A stretch of DNA of 64,000 nucleotides, taken from NCBI GenBank assembly GCA_045837725.1, contig JBEWZL010000300.1, positions 372,001 to 436,000 on the forward strand, given 5' to 3'. Source of the DNA: Vermamoeba vermiformis. Its lineage: Eukaryota. The position numbers were made by a program, and so were the translations under genes. Below are positions 38,441 to 50,267 of the stretch, piece by piece; position 1 is the first letter of the stretch, and every line of letters starts with the position of its first letter. The notes under the pieces are model-generated. The model had not been told where the DNA came from. It saw only the letters and a list, made by a program, of their open reading frames with translations, and did not search any database.

Positions 38441-39013
38441 ATGGAACAACGCGCATTCTTGAAAATAGTACCACTGGGCAGTGGTGGTGTTGGCAAGACA
38501 TCTATATGCATTAGATTACGCGATGATGTGTTTTCTGCGGACTACGATCCAACAATCGAAGAAAATTACAGAAAGCAGTTTGTTATTGACGATGAGACTG
38601 TAGTTCCAGAATTTTTCGATGTAGTAGGACAAGAAGAATTTGTTACCATATTAAATGAGTGGATTAGAGAAGCAGATGGAATATTTTTGATTTATTCAAT
38701 TACTTCACTCGCTAGCTTTGCAGAAATTCAGGAAAAATATTACAATATGATATTGAGGGTCAAAGAAGATGCAAAAGTGCCTATAGTGCTCATTGGAAAT
38801 AAATGCGATCTCGAAAATCAAAGAGGCGTTACACGAGAAATGGGCGAAGAATTAGCGAAGAAATATGGCATACCATTTTTTGAAACGAGCGCTAAGACCA
38901 GCATCAATGTTTTTGAGAGTTTGACAGCGCTAGTCAGAGGGATTCGTAGGATCAAATACCCGTCACCTTCAAATCAGAATAAGAAGAAGAAGAGCGAATG
39001 TAAATTATCTTAA
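38441..39013 (+). CDS. Ras-family small GTPase (intronless)
   Basis: GSGGVGKT, YDPTIEENY, DVVGQEEF, NKCD, ETSAK, polybasic tail and CaaX CKLS. Confidence 0.92.
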   Translation: MEQRAFLKIVPLGSGGVGKTSICIRLRDDVFSADYDPTIEENYRKQFVIDDETVVPEFFDVVGQEEFVTILNEWIREADGIFLIYSITSLASFAEIQEKYYNMILRVKEDAKVPIVLIGNKCDLENQRGVTREMGEELAKKYGIPFFETSAKTSINVFESLTALVRGIRRIKYPSPSNQNKKKKSECKLS

Positions 39014-39523
39014 TGCAGGTAAGCTTAATTGTAAATTATTTCTGTTCGAACAGCAATTTCTCAACCGATCAAAGAGCAGCTCAAGGACAGGTAGACAACG
39101 GATTTTAGCAAAGAATTCACAAGAGACATTCTTCATGCCCTCTAGGTCCACCAAATTAACCTCGTCAGTATGGCGCGGACTAGTACAATAGTCACTATTG
39201 AAAATTGGTCTTGATTGATTGGTTCTACAAACTGAACAGTAGACGAGAAAATAGTCTAAAACGAAGAATATTAGCTGTAAGTTATAAAGAGTTGAAATAT
39301 TACTTCGTGTAACGTGCTGCTGAAATTCTTTATTTGGATCAATCTGAGCCTTTCGCCAAATTAAGCAAGTAGGTACGAGGACTATAGTTATATCGACAAG
39401 TCGAGCTGATTTGCTGTTAAAGAGTACCACTCACTCGTAATCTCGCGTTAATCTGGGCTAAGAAGCGTCGTGCACAAATTTTAACTAATTTTTATTGTTT
39501 GTCCGTCCATTCATACTAGTCAT

Positions 39524-40091
39524 ATGGCAGATAATAAGATACACTTAAGGTTTGTATTGCTCGGTGGTGCGCCGAAAACAGGGCGACTGACTCTTGTACT
39601 TCGTTACATCCACCACCGTTACGTTAAGAATTACGAACCAACGATAGACGACGTTTATAAAAAGACATATACACTAGGCGATAAACAATACAGTCTTGAG
39701 ATGATATTACCGCATGATCACGAGCAGTATCATGCACTACGCGAAATGCAGATTAGAAGTGGCGACGGATTTTTGTTAGTCTATTCAGTGGACTCCAAAG
39801 AAAGTTTTTCTAATATTCCATTATTATACGAAGAGATTTATCGATACAGAGAGGATAAAGTCCCGATTGTAATTGTTGGAGCTAAATCCGATAAGTTTCG
39901 CTGCGACAGAGTTTCTGAAGAACAAGGCCAAGAAGTGGCGCAGATTAAATGTTCGACACATAGAAGCGAGCTCCAAACACGATGTTAATGTGGCTGAATG
40001 CTTTGTGGCGTTAATAATGGAATTTGAACGGATGGAGGCTCTGAAGCAAGCAAATACGAAGAAAACTAAAGGCAGGTGTATTATATGTTGA
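39524..40091 (+). pseudogene. Degenerate Ras-like paralog with one frameshift near 39940 (pseudogene or sequence error)
   Basis: YEPTIDDVY, GDGFLLVYSV, then second frame HIEASSK..VNVAECF...KKTKGRCIIC; G1, G3 and G4 degenerate. Confidence 0.75.
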
Positions 40092-40320
40092 TAAATTAAA
40101 TTATTGTAATATTGAAGAATTGAAATCAACAGATCAAGACCAACATCCAGCCCGTTTTAATTCTTATTCGATTCTTTGAGAATAATATGCCATTCCGAGA
40201 CAATTATTATAATACCAAGAACCATAATGCCTCGTCATCGTATTATGTGAGCTCATTCGTGCAAAAATACTTTTGTGCCGCGTCACGTTTCATTAACATT
40301 TCCCACACAACAAGAACACC

Positions 40321-41704
40321 ATGAGAGTTGGCCGCACTTATCGAGTACCGCGCGGCTCTTCTGATTGCAATAATGCCTTTGTGACAGTAGTAGTAACGGC
40401 CTTGCTGCTAATACTCGGATCTGTTTGGATTGCAAAAGAGGTCGAACAGGTCAGATTTCAAACGGCGCATGCAGAGGTCTCGGAGAAAGTGTACCCGCTT
40501 CAAGGAGAACATGATGCATCGTCTTATTACGAAGGTAGACTTGTTTACGTTAATTCCACGTCACCTGTATTGCCCGTACCTCCGCCAATGGATGTCGACT
40601 TCAATTTACGTGTAAGTGCTTGTATAATTTTTTTAACGTTAGTAGGGTCACTGCACATTAATTCGTGGCCTATAAAATACGCGTATTCTTTTGCTATATT
40701 TTTTTAAAAATTAAAGAATAACTATTCACGAAAGAATTAAATTTAGGAATTCTACCCTAGTCACCAATAACAAGCATTAACCATACTTCATTTATTAGTT
40801 TCCAGCTGGTGTTCGTATTCAACGATCAACAGAATATTGTCAATGGCAAGAGATTTCACACGAAGAGGAAGACGACGAAGGCAACAGATTCAGAACTTAC
40901 ACTTATGTCTTGGGCTGGCACAGCACTACTATTCCTTCGATCTTCTTCGATCAGCCATTCGCGCACAACAATCCGCAACGAGATCCCGCGCCAGCCAGGG
41001 ATTGGGTAGCAGATGCGGCCAAGATGGGCAGCTTAACATTGGACAAATCGTTGTTGCAATACGCTGATCCTTTAGATGCCGTCGACTTTGCTGTAAACAG
41101 CCCAGCGTTGCAGCAATTCTCACAAAGTGTGGCCGCGCGTCAACACGACTTTAAGTACATCGGCCAGGGTTATTTTTACAGCCCGTACAAATCCGATGCC
41201 ACTGAATGGCTGCGCATTGCAGGCATGGCGCTGGAAGGCTCGTTGTTAGACTATCAAATCGGCGACCTGTTCAAGCGCTGCACACCCGGTGACGTGCGTG
41301 TCTCGTACTCGCAAGTCGCGCTGCCCACGGCCTCAGTGATCGCCGAGTATTATCCTGGCGGCAGATTAGGACTGCACAAGACACAAAGCAATTACGAGCT
41401 CGGCATCGTGCACAAAGGTCTGATGACAACCAAGCAGTTGTTTGAATACCGCTTGTTGCAAAACTTTTGGTCTTCGTTCTGGTGGCGCCTTATCTGCCTC
41501 GCTGTGTTCACGGGATATCTTTATATTCTCGCCAACCGCAAGTTCTGGGTCACACTCTTCACTGTCGTCGCAGGCATGGGCGTTGTCGCAGCAGTAGTGC
41601 GCATCATATTTGGTGTGTCAGCCACCAAGCCCATTGGTCTCGTTGTCCTCGCCGCTGCCACTTTGTTCTTGATGCACGGCAAACCAGTGCTCAAACGAGA
41701 GTAA
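40321..41704 (+). CDS. TMEM43/LUMA-like (DUF1625) membrane protein
   Basis: N-terminal TM, EGRLVYV, RSTEYCQWQE...TYTYVLGWHST.I.S..F..P..HNNP, PGDVRVSYS, C-terminal TMs. Confidence 0.8.
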
Positions 41705-41818
41705 TCGCTGTATCATGTACATAATAGTAATTTAATAAAACAAATGTTTATTCAAGCGAATGTGCTACGTGTCAGAATCGGTGTTCAGCACGTCAAGTTC
41801 GCATTACAGCTTTGATTG

Positions 41819-42728
41819 CTATGCCAATAAGGGCTCAATGTCCGCTGCAATTGAGTTGGGGTTGGCACCTGAGCCGTATCGCTTGACAGGTGTGCCGTTC
41901 TTGTCAACAAGGAACTGCAAAAACATGGTCAAAACATCGTCGAGCAACTTTTTCACTGTCTTTGTACTCACTTTTTCGAAGTTCCACTTGATGTCTCCGG
42001 GCAGTTTATTCTTCAAGAATGAGAAAAACAACTTTTTCTTATTCTTCAAGTACGTGTACACTGGTGAAGTGTTGGGACCGTTGACGTCAATCTAGCGCAC
42101 AGGTCAGGAACGTGATGAACTACTATTCTTATCTCTTACCTTGTCCAGAACGGGGAAAGTGACCTTGCGAGCAGAGCAAAAGCTTTCAATCTCTTGATTG
42201 GTGCCGGGCTCTTGCTTGCCAAACTAAGAGGAATAAAATGGGTCAGAAGGGATCCGTGAAAGTTTGTAAATTACTGGGGCGTACTTGGTTGCAAGGGAAA
42301 GCAAGGATTTCCAAGCCTCTGTCCTTGTACTTGGCGTACAATTGAGGCAATTCTTCGTAGTTTCCTGGTAAAGTTTAAGACGGTAAGAAGGATGTGGTAT
42401 CAAAATGCGGAATGAAAAGGAATTGTCAGAATACCGTTGAAATATCATTAACCACAATATATTAACGATATTCGTATGGTTCTGATAGAAAACGAAATAC
42501 TCCGAAGATTTTTTCCGAGGTCGCGCGATCGTGCATTAATAAAAAGAAATACTCACCAGCAGTGTAACCGCACTTGCTTGCGACATTAACAATGAGTGTG
42601 ACCTTATTTAAAATTGTTAGGAATATTTTTAAAAATTATCCAAGCTGGATCCGTACTTTGCCCTTGAACTTTGAAAAGTCAACTTCATGGCCCTTAATAT
42701 CCTTAGCTTTCAAATCGAAGAATGACAT
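41819..42728 (-). CDS. Glutathione peroxidase, Cys-type
   Basis: [10 protein letters not shown] (TGC codon, not TGA), [27 protein letters not shown]. Confidence 0.95.
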
Positions 42729-42993
42729 GGCTCTAGTCGTATAGTTGCGAGGTCGTACTGCGTATGTGGCTCTGATTAGCTGTCGTGAAAACATTTGCCC
42801 GACTTTTGAATTTGAACAACTTTGTGCGGGTCATCACGTGCGACCAGCTGATCCAAAAAAAAATAAGCCTCAAAACATCCTTGAAGACCATTATAGATAA
42901 TTGCACAAACCTTGAAAAGAAAACGTTGCGTACTTGCAGTTAAATTGCACGAGCTCAACGACTGTAAGATTCGAAATTGAAGTAACAGTTAAA

Positions 42994-43856
42994 ATGTTGG
43001 CAGCAATTAAGAATGCATTTTCGTCGTTGACTGGTAGCACGCAAAAATCACCACATTTATTAATGGTAAGTTAGAGCGTTTTTAAACGAAATTTACTTCC
43101 GAAATTTGTTCCCTGAATCCAAAGACCCCCTTGATTTCTGCTTTGTAAATTACCAATAGTCTTATAAATTATAGTATCAAGTACTTGAATTTTCATATTA
43201 AAATCGCACGACGTACAAGCAAAAATTCAAATATTCTGTTTTCAGATGGGACTGGATGCCGCAGGCAAGACCACGATGATGTACAAATTCAGAGAATACG
43301 AAATACTGCACTATCCGCGCTTTGCAACCGAATCAGCAAAAGTACTCGGTACTGAGATCTTTAGCTTCGATCCTCTTCCTGTTCGTGAAGGCGCGACGGA
43401 TCCCCACTCAATAGCAGTAAGCCTAGTATTCAGAAAATTGTTACAATTGTTATTAACGATACTAATTAGAAACGAGAGTTCGTTAAAAGTGAAGTAGCAA
43501 AAGCAGATGCGCTAGTTTGGGTAATAGATTCGACAGACCAAGAGCGATTCGACGAAAGCAAGTTTGAATTGGAAAGAATACTCAACTTAAAGGCATCTGC
43601 TACTATCCCTATATTAATCTTGGCGAACAAGCAAGATCTACCGAATTTTGTACCGGTCGAGCAGATTAGCAACAGATTCAACTTGCAGGCACTTAAAAAT
43701 CCTTGGAATATATTCCCAACCATGGCTAATTCAGGCGAAAATCTTTACGAAGCATTTGAGTGGCTGTTGTTGACATTAAAAGATCAAGGATTTAAGATAC
43801 ATCATGCACTCGAACCAGTGGTAAGGGCCAATTGCGAGATTAAGCCAAATTCATAG
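42994..43856 (+). CDS. Atypical Arf-like GTPase
   Basis: GLDAAGKTT, LVWVIDSTDQER, LANKQDLP, SGENLYEAFEWL; no Gly2 and no WDVGGQ motif. Confidence 0.82.
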
Positions 43857-43960
43857 TGTGTATATGTAAAATAATAAATAAATAAGGTTTATGAGCTAAT
43901 TACAAGGGACTACCACCGTCTTAAGATGGCAGATCCTGGATTTAAATAATTCTCCAAATT

Positions 43961-46900
43961 TTAGATCTCGTTGTTCATCTTCTTATTGAATAAATCAACA
44001 TAGACCTTCTTCGGCGAGTCTTTAGTAGGCAATTGAACCTTCATCTTGGTCAGTTCGCGCTTGAGATCGTTTTTGTTCATTTTTTCCGGATCAATGCGCG
44101 CTTTCTTCGCTTGAGGCTTGTCTTCATCTTCATTATCCTCATCATCATCGCGTTTTCTATAATTATAATAGTTGTTAGATCATACTCAAAGACTATCAGA
44201 GTTATAACGTACCTCTTTCGGCTGGATGCAGCAGCGCTCTTGGTTGGGGCAGGAGGCTTTTCAGGCGTGTCTCCAACAATATCAAACGAGCCTTTCTTGC
44301 TAACTAAGAGCTTGTGCTTGGGTTTAGGAGCCGCTTTGCGACCTGATAACGCACAAAAAGTTAGATCCGCTCGTGTCAAAAGTGTCATAATGTCACAACG
44401 TACCTTTAGCCTTGACAGGTCTGTCAGTGTCAGAGCCATTCTCTTTGTTCTCCTTGTTGTTAGTGCTAGCCACAGATCGGTCATCTTGCGACATGTCTTC
44501 AACGTCGTTGTCGAACATGAAGATCTCGGGCTTTTCAACTTCCATCTCGACTTCAGTAGCGTTAGTGTTGCTCTCAGCTTGAGCTTTGCGTTTCTTCGAA
44601 GCAGTTGAAGCTGCTGGCGTCTTCGTGGCCTTGGCGGCATCTTCGAAGGAAAACTTGGATGCCGTCATCTGAGCCTCCGCGAGCTTAGCTTTGAGCTCCT
44701 TAATCTCTTCTTCTAACTGACGGCTAGCATCTTGTGCTTTGACTTTAGCGTTAGATGCAACAAGGATCTCTTTGTCAGCTTGAATCAGTCGATTTCTGAA
44801 GCTGTCAGCGTCAGTCGCGAGTTGTTTTTGCAGAGTTTTGACTTCTTGTTGCAACTGCTCGACTTGTTTGTCTGCACGACTTTTCTCTTTCTCCAAAGCA
44901 TCACTCTTCTTTTGCAGGTCAGCAGTCAATTCCTTGACTTGTCTCGCGAGCTGAGTGTTGGTCTCTTTTTCAGCCTTCAAATTAGCCTCGTGTGTTTGAC
45001 GCTCTTTTTGAGTCAAGTTCGAGTTGCTCTTCAAGCTTTCAGTCAAATCTTCGACGCGTTTTTCAAGCGCAGACTTCTCTTGCGATGATTTTTTCAATTG
45101 ATCCTTGACACGCTCGAGCTCACCAGCCAAGTTATTTTTCTCTTGCTCAACGACACGCGCCTTCTTTTGCAAGTCAGTGCTCGTAGCCTCGTGGCCTTTA
45201 GTCTCTTTCTCCAATCTGTCGCGCAACTCCTTGATCTCCTGAGTGAGTCTCTGGTTCTCTTTTTCAGCGTGTTGCAATGATCTGTGACGCTCTTGTGACT
45301 CGTTCTGCACATGTTTCACGTGGTCTTCTTTCATTCTAATTTCTTCTTTCAACGTCTTGACTTGTGTCTTGTATCCTTCCTCAGTAGCTAAACGTAATCA
45401 TTAGTATCAATATAAAGACAAATCATTGCAGTCAGTACTTACACTTCAATTGTTTAGCTGCTTCGTCGAGTTGGCCGCGAGTCTTGTTCAATTCACCTTC
45501 TAATCTCGTCTTTTCTTTCTCCAAGTTTTGACTGCGCTCTTTCTCGCGCAACTTTTCACCGGCCTCACGTTGTGCCTCAAGTTCATATTTATGTGCCCTC
45601 TCTTTGGCCTGATGTACTTCTTGTTGCGAGGCTTCAAATCGCTTGACAGCCTCTTCAGTCCTCTTGCGCTCTTGCTCTATTTTAACGGTGTTGTTCTCGT
45701 TCAACTGATCCACGAACTGCGTGAGAGATTGAGGCAAGTAATTGGTTTGGAACTGATTCAAGACCGCCAATTTGTTAGCGCCCTTGCTGCCCTTATTAAA
45801 CTCAGAAGCGATCAGTTTCCACGAGGCAATCAAGTCGTGCGAGGTTTGGAACTGCTTTGCCTTGAGCTTGGCCTCCACGTGCTTGTCGTACAGTGCCTGC
45901 AACAATTGCGCGTTGAATTTTTCCGATTGTCTGTCGTTGGCTTCACTGAACAACTTGAACACCTCATCGAGAGATTGCTGCAAATAGATTAGTATCACTA
46001 TGTTTGGTAATACTAGCGATCTCTAATCTTACCTCGAGTTTTGGTCTGAATTGGGTCTTGACATCGCCCAAGGCATTGTCTTCAAAGTGACTCACTGCAG
46101 CACGACGCAGTTCAGCCTCCAACTTCTTGAGCTCAACTTCGTCAATCGGAATGCGCTTCTCGAGCTCTTGCAACTTGGATTTGTAGCCATTGACTGACTC
46201 TTCCAAGGCAGACTGGCTCTCAAGACGAGCAACACTAGCAAGTTAAAAAACGTCAGTAATACTGTCACCCTGTTGACACGTGTCAAACACTAACCTGTCC
46301 CAAGCTGAATGAATTGTAGGCACGCCACCACCGTTGATGCTTTCGAGGTACTTGGTCATCAACATCACGAAGCCTAAGCTGTTAGTTAATACGGTTGTGT
46401 TATTAATGTACTAGTATCGTACCTTTGCCATCGATGCTGCGGCCGAGAATTTTCTTGGTTGGTGTCTCTTCAAAGATTTTATCCTTCACTCTGTCCATCT
46501 GAGTTCTGAACTCTGGACGCAACTTGTTATAAGGTGTTTTGTCGATTCGTTGCAAGTCCGACTCGTCGACGACGGGGCGTACTAAAGTGACGCAATCTCT
46601 GTTCGCAAACATCGTTCTCAACTTGCGTCGAATTTCGTTTTTAGTCTCCTGATGAGGTCTAATAAAATAAATTATGTTAGAAATGAAAGCAAGTTTTGAA
46701 AAATCTATTCGCGCGTTCGTAGGAGCTAAATATACCTGTCTTGTAAGGCATTTTCTAAATATTGAGTCGAAGTAATGGGTCTACCGGATTCGTCTTCGAG
46801 TTTTAACGAAAAGTCTCGCAAGAGCCATAAAAAGCCCGGGAAATAATCTGATAATTCTCTTTCGCTAGTCTTATTGCCTAAAAATTACGTTAGACTTTAC

Positions 46901-47647
46901 TCTTACGATTGAATGAATTCGCGCCATTTTTTGAATTGAATTTGTATTGAAAATCTCGATAGATTCGATGTGATACGTACTATTAGACTTGACTTGGATA
47001 TTCTGCGTTAAGTTGGCTACGAGAGATAACTTATCAAGGGCATGCTCATGTAAGAAGCAGTTAAAGAAAAATGGTGGATCTTGGATCGAAGTTAAATTAA
47101 ACAGAATAGTATTAAAAGGATATCAATCATGCCCATGCTGTTGTAAATAAAGTATGAACTTAATAGCAACGTCAAAGAGAAGATTTTGGCGTCGTAAGTC
47201 TGATCTTGTTGAATGGATCCAATTCCTTCCGTGTCAATCAGAATGTAATATATTTTCTTGCCATTCTTCGTTGTTTCGATAGGTCTACCCCACGTATAAA
47301 TTCCTATTATAGTCGTAAATATAAAAGGAACAGAGGGATCTAGAAAAAATTTATTTTACCTTTCGTGCACGGATTTACTGTTGGACCAATTGCAAAACCC
47401 TCTTGTTTGCCCAACAATCTATTTAATACGTAGCTTTTGCCGGTACTGCAATAATATTTAATTATTTTTGAATTAATTTTCATTTATTCTTACGGATTGC
47501 AACTTACCGATAGAGACCAGCGACACCAATGACACCGATTTCACCTTTAATAGATGAGATCATTTGCGCTGCTTGCTCGCCAAGCACGAATTTGCCATTC
47601 TGCAACGTGATGAGTGGCAGTGCTTCTTCCGTAGGTTGCTTGCTCAT
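43961..47647 (-). CDS. Guanylate-binding protein (GBP) GTPase with long coiled coil, NLS-like tail and C-terminal LEM-like/HeH domain
   Basis: VAGLYR|TGKSYVLNRL, PCTKG|I, LIDTEG, YFIYNSMGMID, FLWLLRDF; heptad-rich middle; C-terminus DPEKMNKNDLKRELTKMKVQLPTKDSPKKVYVDLF. Confidence 0.9.
47050..47123 (-). other. U12-type AT-AC spliceosomal intron (74 nt) in the GBP gene
   Basis: 5' site ATATCCTTTT, branch TTCTTTAAC, 3' end TAC; removal restores MG-M-I-D-E-H-A-L-D-K-L in frame. Confidence 0.92.
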
Positions 47648-47887
47648 CGTATTTCTTTGTTTTGCCTAATATGCGAGAGCCTATCGTTCTTCTTACCTGT
47701 ATAAAATATAAACTATAGAACTGTGACGCAGCAGAACCACGTAGGCCCGTTCCCGCGCACAAAAAAGTGCCCAAATTGAAAACTCGCTGAAAAGTTACCG
47801 TTTTTTCATCAAGTGACGTGTTTCTTATTTTGCTGGGCTCGCTGAATCATACTTATCACCTTATAGTAATACAATACAAGCATTGAA

Positions 47888-49977
47888 ATGACGGAGAAAG
47901 GTACGCGAAGCAAATGGTTGAAAAGCTTTTCCTTACTAATTCTTTCTTTGTTAATCCGCAGATCCATACGCAGCGATTGATGTTACGTATCCTAATTAAC
48001 AGAATATATTTATAATATTTTTGCAAGCTTAGATTTAATGAAAGCTCCATTCAATTCGAATTATTATTTTCTTTAATTTTTTATTTCAGTTTCAACAATC
48101 GCGTTGTCGCCGCGAAGGGCTCATTTATCGAATTTAAAGTCGGAGATGAAGTTATCCCTGGTTATAGAGTTAAAGACAAAAGCAATAATTTCATGTCGCC
48201 TCGCAAGGTAAGATCTGTCAAATGTTCAAATTAAATCCGAACCTCGATTAGTTTAATTCTTCGATGGGCGAGCAATTATTTTCAGTCGTTTACGAAATAT
48301 TAAATAGCATAATGTCAACCCTATATCACGAAAGGAATTATTTCGATCCCGATCGCGTGTTTGCTACACTGCTTAGTTCTTATGTAGCATTTACTAATCA
48401 TTTAAACTATGCAGCTATTGCTCACAGACAAGAGCAACAAGATGCTCGTACTTACACCCGACAAGAAGAACGTCTTGACGCGCATTGACACGGAGACAGG
48501 CAAGACACTCGATGAAGTCAAGATGCGCTTGCACGCAGAGCTCGACGAGCCCATCAACACCGTGACGCACTCAGAGAAGTTCAGTCAACTGCTCTCACAG
48601 CCTGTTGTTGAACTCGCTGGTACTTCACGCAACACTGTGTTCGATATGACTTGGGATCCGCGAGAAAAAACCGACGACGTTATTATTGGCGCTGATAACA
48701 GGTAACCCATGCTCTTTTATTATCATTCGCCCGAGCAAAAAATTACGGTTGAAAAAATAATTCCAAAGCTTATTGAGCGGATGCGACTATAGCCGTTGCG
48801 GATGTGGATTCGGCGATGTGTTTTGTTTACGCATGATCCTCGTACATTTGGGCTCGCAAGTAGTGACCCGAACACGATGTTGCAGTCGCTCTCGGGCACG
48901 ACCACACTAACAAGAATGCACCGCTTCCCGTCCGATCAGCGAAGTTAAGCTTGTTCAGGCCTTCTTAGTACTGGGGTAGGAGACTACCTGGGAATCGGAG
49001 GTGTTGTGCTCTTTTCTTTTTTTACTTTTTGCTTACTTGTTCCTTGTGCTAATGTTCGCTTTCGCTAATCGATCAACCTTTTTTTGTCCCACCGGATGCG
49101 CATCTGATCTTTTTATGTTAGGTACACCAAGGCCGCAAAGGGCTTCAACTTTACTGCAGTTGCCACGACAGGAGAGGTAATAGCCATATTAGTACTTTTG
49201 ATTGATTTAATTTAACGTTTCAAAAGGGCAACGTTATCACCGCAGACACAGACGGTCACATCCGCTTGTTCCAGAAATCGAAGATGAAGAGGCCAAAGAA
49301 CGTTTTGAATCAACTTGCTGGTATGTATTATATTAGTTGCATGCCTCCTCTCGTGGGTTTTACTTACATTTTACTAAGATCCAATCGTTGGTGTTGATGT
49401 CTCGAAGGACGGTGAATGGGCTGTGTGGACTACAAAAGAGTACTTGGCCGTAGCTAAGCTCTCTTTCCAAGACAAGAACGCTGAGATGGTCTCTGGATTC
49501 GAGAAAGTCTTCTCTGAAAAGGTACGTTCGTCGTCTCACATCCGATCTTCGCTGGAACTGATTCTAACCCTTTATGTAGCCTGAAGCATTGATCTTACGC
49601 ATCCCTGAAGATGATTTAGAGGAATTCAACATTCAAGACGTCAATTTTACTCCTGCTCGCTTCGACAACGGCCCGTACGCGGGATCAGGTGTTATCGAGC
49701 AAGAAATCGTTACTTCAACTGGCCCTTACATTGTGCGATGGAAGTTCCGTCAAGTCAAGATGGACTACAACAAGGAACGACTGCAAGATGGCAAAGCTGT
49801 AAGCACAATTGCGGACATCTGCTAACCTTCAACAACTTTTACTAACGTTATTCTTATTAGCGTCCTACTATCTACAAGCAACGTAGCGACGTCGTCGATA
49901 AGGCCTTCGAATATGGTCAAAACAACCTCGTGGCCGCTTTACCCGAAGAATTCAATACCCTGCACTTGGGCGATTAA
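47888..49977 (+). CDS. VID27/CYPRO4-like WD-propeller protein, multi-exon
   Basis: FMSPRK|LLL, RIDTETGK, WDPR, NFTAVATTGEG.V...D.DGHIRLF, DPIVGVDVSKDGEW, FTPARFD, EQEIVTSTGPYIV.W.F. Confidence 0.85.
47987..48089 (+). other. Probable U12-type GT-AG intron in the VID27-like gene
   Basis: Donor GTATCCTAA, branch-like TTCTTTAAT at 48069-48077 close to the AG; splicing gives YAAIDVTFNNRVV in frame. Confidence 0.55.
48894..49012 (+). rRNA. 5S rRNA gene inside a VID27-like intron
   Basis: 119 nt; terminal helix GGGCACGAC/GTTGTGCTC, CCCGTCCGATC, GAAGTTAAGC, TTAGTACT, TGGGAA; followed by Pol III oligo-T. Confidence 0.95.
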
Positions 49978-50267
49978 GAGCACAACTCCATAGCTGTTGT
50001 TCAGTATTAATTTACTGAGCAACATATGCTAGACTCGTCCGCTGTAATGTTTAATAGGAAGTATATTTATTGATCACTCTGTAATAAAGGAAATTTAATC
50101 ATATTAATAAGTACGTGCAGCACGCTGATCTAGATCTTTCAATGACAGTTTTATTTACACCAATGATAGTTAAAAACATCTAAAACTATATTTCTAAAAG
50201 CACAAAATCAATATTACCAAGCACCAGAAGGCTTTGTTGGTAACTCTTCGCATCCGTTACAAGCACG

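Noticed and set aside
39005-39430. 141-aa minus-strand ORF between the Ras genes
   Set aside because: GTG start, no motifs, no recognisable homology.
42565-42580. Possible selenocysteine in GPx
   Set aside because: The active-site codon is TGC (Cys).
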